DNA of 64,000 nucleotides from Sediminibacterium sp. Gen4 (GTDB lineage Bacteria; Bacteroidota; Bacteroidia; Chitinophagales; Chitinophagaceae): NCBI RefSeq assembly GCF_013391385.1, contig NZ_JACBFI010000001.1, positions 159,961 to 223,960 of the forward strand, read 5' to 3'. Shown piece by piece: positions 56,272 to 64,000 of this stretch (position 1 is its first letter; each line of letters starts with the position of its first letter). The notes under the pieces were generated by a model. It saw only the letters and a program-made list of their open reading frames with translations, ran no database searches and was not told where the DNA came from. The position numbers and the translations under genes were made by a program.

Positions 56272-58637
56272 TGATGAATCTTCACCAATAGTTTCAAGAA
56301 CTCTTCAGGCTCGAAAGGCTTGGTAACAACGGCGTTGATTGAAAGATCACGCGCGCGCTCTTCTACTTCAGAAGGTAAGCTGGCAGTGAGTGCTATAATT
56401 GGGATATCAATACCCCTACTGCGAATGATCTTTACTGCTTCATATCCATCCATCACAGGCATGTGCATATCCATTAAGATCATTTGATGTTTCGTGGTAT
56501 CCAACTTACGAATCGCTTCTTCGCCATTAACTGCCACATCAATGGTTGCTCCCCATTTTTCCAAAAATGTTTTTGCCACCAATACATTCAATTCATTGTC
56601 TTCGGCCATTAATAAAGAAACACCAGAAAGCGGACGTCCTTTTTCAATATCCTCCGGCACGGTTTCTCCTTGAGAGAAATTAAACGCTTGTGATATAGGG
56701 AAGGTTTGTGTGAAAAAGAAAACCGATCCTTTTCCCGGTTCGCTTTTCAATTGCAGTTGTGATCCTTGTAGTTCCAGTATTTTTTTACAGATGGCTAGAC
56801 CCAAGCCCGTGCCACCAAAACTTCTGGAAGTAGACGTATCTGCTTGTGTAAAACGATCAAATATCAATTTCTGTTTTTCTGCCGCAATACCAATACCAGT
56901 GTCTTCCACCTTGATGGTAAGCGTGATGTGCTGTTTTTGGATTTTCTCTTGCTGAATGATCAGCCTTACATGACCCGATCGTGTAAACTTGATCGCATTT
57001 TGTAACAGATTTCCAATAACCTGACTAATACGAGTAGGGTCTGCGATAATACGATGATGAAAAGCTGGATCTTTTTCTAAGATCAGTGCAATCCCTTTTT
57101 CATCGGCTAGTGTTTTCAATCCTGATAAAAGGTCATGCGATACTTTTACCAAGTCCATATCGATGTATTCAAAATTGATCTTACCGGCTTCAATTTTATT
57201 GTAATCAAGAATATCATTCACAATGTTCAAAAGATTATTGGCAGAAAAAAGCAGCACGTTCAGTTGCTCTTTCTGATCTTCTCTTGGTTGATTGTCTAAG
57301 AGTATATGCGAAAGCCCGATCACCGAATTTAGTGGTGTCCTGATTTCATGTGACATATTGGACAGAAAGTCACTTTTAGCAATCAATCCCTGCTCTGCTT
57401 CTTTTCTGGCTTTATTCAATAAATACGAATAGCGATAAGAAAGAATCAATGATTGCAAAAAGAAAAATGATAGATATCCAACAAACAAAAGCTCTTTTTG
57501 TGGTGCTACAAAACCAAAATACTGTAAGTTGATGATGATAAAAATGATCATCACTACACCGGTACTGAGTAGCGCATATCCTGCTCCCAATCTTTTTCTT
57601 TTATAGGCGAGTATATACACATAAAAAGCGTGTGCAATCACAAAAAACATCACCACTAAGAATGGATTGATCAATTGTGTGAAAACAGCAGGAGGGAAAA
57701 TGATCGTGATCAATGATAAAATGATACACGCCCACATTTCAATATTGGTAATAATTTTATTAGAATCTTCGGGATATAGATTTTGCGTGTAACGTGTAAA
57801 AAAGATAACACTCACAAATAAAGACAGGTATTCTAAGTGAATAGTGAGCGCCCATGGAAGATTTGGAAAAACAGTATGTAAAGAATATTGAGATGTACCA
57901 ATGATGCGATAACTATAGGTAATACAGAAAAGCGCAAAATAAAGAATGGTTCTATCATAGCGACCGAAGAAGTATAAACCAAAGAAGAAGAGTCCACACA
58001 TGATAATACTTCCGGTGAGAATAAAGTTGAAAGCATTGTCTCTGTTTCTTTTACTGAATAGCTTTTCTTTATTACCAATCGTAATTGATTTATACGGTCC
58101 CCCTTTAGAGTGTAAGAAATTAGCTACTTGTAAAATCAGTCGGACGGTATCTTTTTTTGTAAAAATTTCTCTTGTAAACTGTTGCCATTTAGGTTGGGTT
58201 GTTTCAGCAGAAACACCCGGTACACCAGATTGTACAAAAACTGCATCATCTACAAATAGTTTATAGCTGGTATAAGTATCGGGAATATCAAGTGCCAAAT
58301 TGGATGCGTTCTTAGGCAATAAAATGGTGAGCATATAAGAAGCGTATCCTTTTGCGGTAATTTTCTTTCCGCCAATGACCATGTTATCCCAACGTTTGGG
58401 AAAACTGATCATGCCCGTCATCTTTTCGGCGGCTTCGCCGGGTTCACATAGTTTTTCCCAGCAAAGTCCCCATTCGCCATCCAATGGAACAGATTGTTTC
58501 GATAAATCGATAGTACGAAGATCGATGACACCATGTTTAGCTGTCGGTAATTGTGCAAAAGAAGAAAATGGAAAAAGAAAGCAACAGAAAACGATCACGG
58601 AAAAAACTATACCTGTTCTGTTGAATATTGAATACAT
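56265..58637 (-). CDS. Hybrid sensor kinase (7TM-DISM-like input, HisKA, HATPase, REC)
   Basis: LDGEW periplasmic domain, 7 TM segments, and FLSNMSHEIRTPLN, NAIKFT, DTGIGI, GGTGLGL and LMDMHMP motifs. Start at 58637 or 58643. Confidence 0.9.
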   Translation of the reverse strand: MYSIFNRTGIVFSVIVFCCFLFPFSSFAQLPTAKHGVIDLRTIDLSKQSVPLDGEWGLCWEKLCEPGEAAEKMTGMISFPKRWDNMVIGGKKITAKGYASYMLTILLPKNASNLALDIPDTYTSYKLFVDDAVFVQSGVPGVSAETTQPKWQQFTREIFTKKDTVRLILQVANFLHSKGGPYKSITIGNKEKLFSKRNRDNAFNFILTGSIIMCGLFFFGLYFFGRYDRTILYFALFCITYSYRIIGTSQYSLHTVFPNLPWALTIHLEYLSLFVSVIFFTRYTQNLYPEDSNKIITNIEMWACIILSLITIIFPPAVFTQLINPFLVVMFFVIAHAFYVYILAYKRKRLGAGYALLSTGVVMIIFIIINLQYFGFVAPQKELLFVGYLSFFFLQSLILSYRYSYLLNKARKEAEQGLIAKSDFLSNMSHEIRTPLNSVIGLSHILLDNQPREDQKEQLNVLLFSANNLLNIVNDILDYNKIEAGKINFEYIDMDLVKVSHDLLSGLKTLADEKGIALILEKDPAFHHRIIADPTRISQVIGNLLQNAIKFTRSGHVRLIIQQEKIQKQHITLTIKVEDTGIGIAAEKQKLIFDRFTQADTSTSRSFGGTGLGLAICKKILELQGSQLQLKSEPGKGSVFFFTQTFPISQAFNFSQGETVPEDIEKGRPLSGVSLLMAEDNELNVLVAKTFLEKWGATIDVAVNGEEAIRKLDTTKHQMILMDMHMPVMDGYEAVKIIRSRGIDIPIIALTASLPSEVEERARDLSINAVVTKPFEPEEFLKLLVKIHHQ

Positions 58638-58884
58638 GCTCATCTGCTTGCTTGATAAAATTCGCTGCAGGGGTATCAGCGTTCCGTTTCTTAAATGTAT
58701 TAATTCTTCTTCGAAAATTTCTATTTTAATCCGTTTCGACAATAAAAAATTCAATCCGCTCTTTCTTATAAAAATAGTACCGCCATCATGGTTTTTAAGC
58801 CGCTCATCCGTAACCACACTTTTATGTGATTCGGACGAATACTATGTTATAGCAGTTTTGCACAAACAAACTAAAAACAATCAC

Positions 58885-59568
58885 ATGAATCAATTAACAC
58901 GCTATAACCCTTTTCATCAGATACACCAGGGTTTAAGAGCCATGTTGTACCACTGCTCTTTACAGGTGCAACATACCAATTTTGCTGACGAAGAGCAGGC
59001 TTCTACTACCATTGCTCAACTGAAAGAACTGATCTGGCTTTTCGATGGACACGCACATACAGAAGACACAAAAGTGTTTTCATTACTCGCGGATAAAGCA
59101 CCTGAAGTTATCGCGGATTTTGAACAGCAACATGACAAAGACCATATGTTGGCTGCTCATTTACAAGGCTGTATTGAGCAGTACGAAGCAGCAGTAAAAA
59201 GTTCTGATAAAGTTTTCGCCGGCAGACAAATACAGTTCTCTCTTGCCGAGTTTACTGCATTCAATTTGTCGCACATGAATATGGAGGAAGTGATCATTAA
59301 AGAGCTGATTTGGCAACATTATACCGATGAGCAGCTGCATGAGTTAACCATGGAAATCGTTAGCTCTCTTCCACCAGATAAAAATGCGCGATATAGCTAC
59401 TGGATGTTAAAAGGATTATCGATCACAGAAATTGCAGAATGGTTTCGTGCCATTCAGGCTACAGCACCTCCTTTTGTAATGGACCAAATGATGGAATTGG
59501 CTGCAGCTGCATTGGATTGTGCAGATTTTAATGAAGTTCAAAAATCTTTGGCACTGGAAATGGCCTAA
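58885..59568 (+). CDS. Hemerythrin-like domain protein
   Basis: IHQGLR, GHAHTED, QQHDKDH and HMNMEE motifs. Real start at 58885, after an A-rich leader, not 58375. Confidence 0.82.
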   Translation: MNQLTRYNPFHQIHQGLRAMLYHCSLQVQHTNFADEEQASTTIAQLKELIWLFDGHAHTEDTKVFSLLADKAPEVIADFEQQHDKDHMLAAHLQGCIEQYEAAVKSSDKVFAGRQIQFSLAEFTAFNLSHMNMEEVIIKELIWQHYTDEQLHELTMEIVSSLPPDKNARYSYWMLKGLSITEIAEWFRAIQATAPPFVMDQMMELAAAALDCADFNEVQKSLALEMA

Positions 59569-59586
59569 CTATTTTCTCATAACAAC

Positions 59587-59615
59587 AGAAAACCCCGCAA
59601 TTGCGGGGTTTTTCT
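59587..59615. terminator. Bidirectional terminator
   Basis: agaaaaccccgcaattgcggggtttttct. Confidence 0.85.
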
Positions 59616-59649
59616 TTAGGCGTATATGGTTGGGTTAGTAAGCGTTTTA

Positions 59650-60561
59650 TTATTGTGGTTTTGTCTCCAATAATTTGAAGAACTGATCCAACATCGGCTG
59701 AATAACAATACGTGTTCTACGATTAGCTGCGCGACCTTCAGCTGTGGTATTGTTTTTCAACGGAATGTACTGGCTTCTTCCGGCTGCAGTCATGCGCTTG
59801 GGATCAATTCCATAGGTTTCTTGTAGAATGCGTACTACTGTTGTTGCTCTTCTTACACTTAGATCCCAGTTGTCTTGTATCACAGCTGTTTTAATAGGAA
59901 GAGAGTCGGTATGTCCTTCTACAATAAACTCGATCTCGGGTTGACCATTTAGCACTTTGGCAACTTTACCCAATACTTCTTTGGCTCTGTCTGTTACTTC
60001 GTAACTCGCGCTTTTGAATAAAAGTTTATCAGAAATATCAACATATACCACTCCCTTATCTACTTTGATATTAATGTCTTCGTCATTCAAATTACCAATG
60101 GCTCCTTTCAGGTTCATCACCAATGCCATATTCAAAGAATCTTTCCGCGCAATGGATCCTTGCAGATCACGGATATAGAGGTCTTTCGCACCGATATTCT
60201 CAAGCGACTTTTTAATGCTTTCAGCCTGCGCTCCTGTTACTACAGAAAGGTCTTTTAGCTGATTCAATACCGTTGTATTATTCTGCTTCAGGAAGTCAAT
60301 CTGCTTATTCAGATCTGCTATTTGATCTTCCAATGCCTGCTTACGGGCATTCAGTTCATTATTTTGTCCTTTTGATTTGGCCAATTGATTTTCCAGGTCT
60401 TTGATCTGGTCTTGTAATTCCCGATATTTTCCCTGCATTTCCAGATAAGCACCGCTCAGCTGTACATACTTGGCCTCTGACTCTTTGAATTTTTTACTAC
60501 TGACACAGGAAAACAGCAGTACAGAAGAAGCTGCTGCAACTATAAAACGATTGGTTCTCAT
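59650..60561 (-). CDS. OmpA/MotB-family lipoprotein with a coiled coil
   Basis: Lipobox FSC, coiled coil, and VEGHTD, NWDLSVRRA and NRRT.I motifs. Confidence 0.9.
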   Translation of the reverse strand: MRTNRFIVAAASSVLLFSCVSSKKFKESEAKYVQLSGAYLEMQGKYRELQDQIKDLENQLAKSKGQNNELNARKQALEDQIADLNKQIDFLKQNNTTVLNQLKDLSVVTGAQAESIKKSLENIGAKDLYIRDLQGSIARKDSLNMALVMNLKGAIGNLNDEDINIKVDKGVVYVDISDKLLFKSASYEVTDRAKEVLGKVAKVLNGQPEIEFIVEGHTDSLPIKTAVIQDNWDLSVRRATTVVRILQETYGIDPKRMTAAGRSQYIPLKNNTTAEGRAANRRTRIVIQPMLDQFFKLLETKPQ

Positions 60562-60653
60562 GCATTTATGATTTGAAATGTGATCATTCGATAATTATAA
60601 CGAAAGAACCATTACAATATTGTGCCAAAAATGAGCGAAACGCCGGATCAACC

Positions 60654-62294
60654 CTATTCAAAAACAATCAATTGTTCCGAACGCAGCCAATCTGTATATG
60701 CATGACCGTATTGTTGATCAATATTTTTTCTTTTGATCTTAAGCGTGGGGGTTAATAAACCATTTTGAATACTCCATTCTTCTTTACAAACCACCATCCT
60801 TGCCAATTGCTCATGGTGTTCTAGTTCTGCATTCAGATTTCGCAATAAGATTTCCAGCTCTTGTTGAATATCATTTACCGGAACCGTTTTTGCCTGTTCA
60901 GATAAAGTACACAAGACTAGTGCCGAAGGCATGCCCGAGCCCACCACGCAGACCTGTCCAACATAAGCATGGGCCCCTAGTGTATTTTCCATTGGAGCCG
61001 GTGTTATGTATTTACCCTTTCCTGTCTTGAACTGGTCTTTGATTCTTCCGGTGATGGTCAGATAACCTTGTTCATCAATGGACCCTTCATCTCCTGTTTT
61101 TAGAAATCCATCTTCAAAACATTGTGCCGATAATTCAGGCTCTTTATAATAGCCTAACATAGAGGCCGGACTTTTTACCTGCACTTCATTGTCTTTTCCC
61201 AATCTCACTTCAACAGTGGCATAAGGTTGACCCACTGTTCCAAATTTGGCAGCATGTTTTTTATTCACGTGAGACAGTGCCACATTCTCTGTCATACCAT
61301 ATGCTTCCTGGATAATGATTCCCAGTTTTGCATACCAATATAATAATGCCGGATTGATCGGCGATGCTCCTGTGAAAATATGCTGGGCTCTTGCCAACCC
61401 TAATTTTTTGCGGATCATTTTTTTAATCAAGGTACTGATCAAAGGAATTTTTAATAGGCGATCAAGTTTTGCTTGCGGCATTTTTTTCAGAACACCCTCT
61501 TGCATCTTTTCCCAGATACGTGGTACTGCCAGAAAAACGGTAGGTTGTGTATGTGCAAGATTAGTAGCAAAAGTATCCAGCGACTCTACAAAATACACAG
61601 TACTGCCTGTGAAAACAGTTCCACACTCTACCAGCATTCTTTCTGCTACATGACAAAGTGGTAGATAAGAAAAGAATACTTCTTTTTTGATCTCCGGAAA
61701 ATTATCGAGGAAGGACTGTACAGCAAATGACATGGCATGATAGGTATGCATCACCCCTTTTGATTGTCCGGTAGTTCCTGAAGTATACACAATACAAGCC
61801 AAAGCATAAGGATCTATTTCAGGTACTCCTTGTAAAGGTTCATGGCTTTTTACTAAATCATTCCAATTGATACAATCTGCATTCGGATAAAAAGGAAATG
61901 TGATCTGTAATAATGAATCGGGTACTCCTTGGCGTATGGCTTCCGGATTGTCGAGCTTGCCGATAAAAATGGCTTTGCTTTCGCTATGAATAATGATATC
62001 GCGCAAAGCATCTGCAGTAATATTGGGATATAAGGGTACTGATACACATCCTGCCATGGCAATGGCCAGATCGGCCATGATCCAGTGAGCACAATTTTTA
62101 CTAAGGATCGCTATTTTATCATCTTTACCATAGCCGAAAGAACGCAAAGCTGCCGCCATACTTCTGATTTGTACGCCAGCCTCTGCCCAGGTAAAATTCT
62201 GATACACACCCTTCACCGGCTCTGCTAAAAATAGCCTTGAAGGTGTTGCTTTTTCATACTCGCAAAATTTGTCAACAATGTTGGGTTGGTTCAT
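60654..62294 (-). CDS. AMP-binding protein (long-chain fatty acid-CoA ligase)
   Basis: YTSGTTGQSKGV, YLPLCHVAER, AYGMTE and TGD..ITGRIKD motifs. Confidence 0.92.
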   Translation of the reverse strand: MNQPNIVDKFCEYEKATPSRLFLAEPVKGVYQNFTWAEAGVQIRSMAAALRSFGYGKDDKIAILSKNCAHWIMADLAIAMAGCVSVPLYPNITADALRDIIIHSESKAIFIGKLDNPEAIRQGVPDSLLQITFPFYPNADCINWNDLVKSHEPLQGVPEIDPYALACIVYTSGTTGQSKGVMHTYHAMSFAVQSFLDNFPEIKKEVFFSYLPLCHVAERMLVECGTVFTGSTVYFVESLDTFATNLAHTQPTVFLAVPRIWEKMQEGVLKKMPQAKLDRLLKIPLISTLIKKMIRKKLGLARAQHIFTGASPINPALLYWYAKLGIIIQEAYGMTENVALSHVNKKHAAKFGTVGQPYATVEVRLGKDNEVQVKSPASMLGYYKEPELSAQCFEDGFLKTGDEGSIDEQGYLTITGRIKDQFKTGKGKYITPAPMENTLGAHAYVGQVCVVGSGMPSALVLCTLSEQAKTVPVNDIQQELEILLRNLNAELEHHEQLARMVVCKEEWSIQNGLLTPTLKIKRKNIDQQYGHAYTDWLRSEQLIVFE

Positions 62295-62314
62295 GTTTTG
62301 GGGGTTATCATGAA

Positions 62315-62893
62315 TTAAGCAAATGATGATTCTTTCAGGTGTGAAAGTCCTTGTTCCGGAATTTTTCCCTGAACAGGCGCATAGAAATCTATGATCTTTT
62401 TAAAGTCTGCCTCCTCGTTGTCTGTAGTAAGAAAAGGTTCTGAAAACCAGGTTTCTTTTTTCGTGAAATCCATGGCAGCCATCACAATGGGTACTTTCGC
62501 TTTTTTGGCAATATGATAAAAACCGGTTCTTAACCGATCTACTTTTTTTCTGGTTCCTTCTGGTGAAAGTGCCAATACAAATTCATCATGTTGTTCAAAC
62601 AACTCAGCCACTTGATCTACCATATGCTTATTATTGAATCGATCTGCCGGATAGCCACCCATTCTGCGAAAGAAAAAACCAAATCTTCCCTGAAACAGTT
62701 CTGCTTTGCCTAAATATTTTACATGTGTGAGTCGGAGTACACTTCGAATGGCAAGACCCATTACAAAATCCCATGCACTGGTATGTGGCGCAACTATGAC
62801 GATGCATTTTTTCAGATGGTAAGGGAAATTATCCCGCACTTTCCATCCCGTAATCCACAGGTAGATTTTCCAGAGTATTCTCATGGCAAGCAA
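62315..62893 (-). CDS. 1-acyl-sn-glycerol-3-phosphate acyltransferase family protein
   Basis: APHTSAWD (HxxxxD), K.ELF, PEGTR and TGFY.IA motifs. Confidence 0.88.
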   Translation of the reverse strand: MLAMRILWKIYLWITGWKVRDNFPYHLKKCIVIVAPHTSAWDFVMGLAIRSVLRLTHVKYLGKAELFQGRFGFFFRRMGGYPADRFNNKHMVDQVAELFEQHDEFVLALSPEGTRKKVDRLRTGFYHIAKKAKVPIVMAAMDFTKKETWFSEPFLTTDNEEADFKKIIDFYAPVQGKIPEQGLSHLKESSFA

Positions 62894-62941
62894 TTAATAC
62901 AAGATAAGAGATAATTTGAAAGTGCAATAATTTGATCTGCC

Positions 62942-64000
62942 TTACGCAGACAAATTTTCTAGTTTTTTCTTCAACGCAAACATTTCATCTCTCAATCTTG
63001 CTGCTTCAATAAAATCAAGATCGCGGGCAGCTTTTTCCATTTGCTTTTTGATGGCGTTGATGGCTTTCTCCAATTGCGGAATCGTTTTATATTCTACTTG
63101 TTCTTCTGCTGCTGTTTGTATGAGTGGTTCTTCTTTTTGTAGTGCATATGGATTGGACGGATCATATCCTTTAATATCCAACACTGAAGTTTGTGCAAAT
63201 ACTTGTTCCTTACTTTTTGAAACCGTTTTAGGTGTAATACCGTGTTCAATATTATAAGCAATCTGCTTTTCTCTTCGTCTGCTGGTTTCGTCAATGGTTC
63301 TTTGCATGCTTTCTGTGATCCTATCCGCATAAAAAATCACCAATCCATCCACGTTTCTGGCTGCACGTCCTGCTGTTTGCGTCAATGATCTTTCATTACG
63401 CAAGAACCCTTCTTTATCGGCATCTAAAATGGCAACTAAAGAAACTTCCGGAAGATCCAACCCTTCTCTTAAAAGATTAACACCCACCAATACATCAATC
63501 ACTCCTAATCGCAGATCACGCAAAATTTCAACACGCTCTAAGGTATCTACATCACTATGTATGTATTTGGATTTGATATTGATACGTCCCAGGTATTTAT
63601 CCATCTCCTCAGCCATTCGCTTCGTAAGTGTGGTTACTAAAACCCGATCTCCTTTTTTTACTCGTTTATCAATTTCATCCAAGAGATCATCAATCTGATT
63701 CACACTGGGTCTGATCTCAATCGGTGGATCTAATAAACCTGTTGGTCTTACCACTTGCTCTACCACCACACCTCCTGTTTTTTCCAGTTCATAATCACCC
63801 GGTGTGGCACTTACAAAAACAGTTTGTCCGATCAGTGATTCAAATTCATGAAAGTTCAGCGGACGATTATCCATAGCGCTGGGTAAACGGAATCCATAAT
63901 CTACCAGTACAAGTTTTCTGCTTCTGTCGCCACCGTACATACCTGCGACTTGAGGAATGGTTTGATGACTTTCATCAATCACACATAGAAAGTCTTTGGG
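62942..64000 (-). CDS. uvrB: Excinuclease ABC subunit B, 5'-truncated by the window edge
   Basis: The frame is open to the edge ([12 protein letters not shown]...). [34 protein letters not shown] and a C-terminal UVR domain. Confidence 0.97.
   Translation of the reverse strand, partial: PKDFLCVIDESHQTIPQVAGMYGGDRSRKLVLVDYGFRLPSAMDNRPLNFHEFESLIGQTVFVSATPGDYELEKTGGVVVEQVVRPTGLLDPPIEIRPSVNQIDDLLDEIDKRVKKGDRVLVTTLTKRMAEEMDKYLGRINIKSKYIHSDVDTLERVEILRDLRLGVIDVLVGVNLLREGLDLPEVSLVAILDADKEGFLRNERSLTQTAGRAARNVDGLVIFYADRITESMQRTIDETSRRREKQIAYNIEHGITPKTVSKSKEQVFAQTSVLDIKGYDPSNPYALQKEEPLIQTAAEEQVEYKTIPQLEKAINAIKKQMEKAARDLDFIEAARLRDEMFALKKKLENLSA

Noticed and set aside
58375-58884. 170-aa N-terminal extension of the hemerythrin ORF, and the matching extension of the kinase to 58817
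   Set aside because: These are antisense overlaps of divergent genes. Family-like sequence starts at 58885 and ~58637.
60613-60627. Sigma-54-like site TGGCACAATATTGTA upstream of the OmpA-family gene
   Set aside because: The -24/-12 spacing is one base short, and sigma-54 does not tolerate that well.
94-63698. The many 60-190-aa ORFs antisense to or nested in recognised genes
   Set aside because: They are shadow ORFs without family motifs or independent expression signals.
1-64000. CRISPR array, tRNA, rRNA, integrase or transposase
   Set aside because: No 25-50-bp direct repeats with unique spacers, no cloverleaf or T-loop signature and no recombinase motifs were seen by eye. The 7-bp arrays have no spacers. 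A covariance-model search was not run.

Overview
A 64-kb chromosomal window from a Bacteroidota genome, most likely Chitinophagaceae. This is inferred from gene content, TAnnTTTG (-7) promoter boxes and the A-rich, Shine-Dalgarno-free regions before start codons. Most of it is housekeeping or envelope genes: partial recX, nagA, thiL, an inositol monophosphatase, a GH3-family protein, mtgA, pnuC, a NifU-family protein, pxpBCA with a YcsG-like transporter, mnmH, msrB, adk, a TonB-dependent receptor and partial uvrB. Two stretches look accessory. The first is an AT-rich block (~26.4-36.7 kb) with two LytS-type kinases, a LytTR regulator, lipoproteins, a tandem CsgG-like protein and a PAS-LuxR regulator paired with a GNAT-like gene. 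The second is a small block (42.5-44.1 kb) with a zeta-toxin-like ATPase that carries an in-frame stop, plus its putative partner. The strongest non-gene signal is a dense set of degenerate 7-bp tandem arrays. They often form inverted pairs around hairpins, frequently contain the stop codon of the adjacent gene, and twice sit in frame inside enzymes. A second class of long 9-10-bp-unit palindromes (CACAGAG and CGCAGAT cores) is also present. Two small ORFs missed by the ORF track were found, and one glycosyltransferase has no canonical start codon. No rRNA, tRNA, CRISPR array, integrase or transposase was recognised. All family assignments come from motif recognition by eye, not from database searches.
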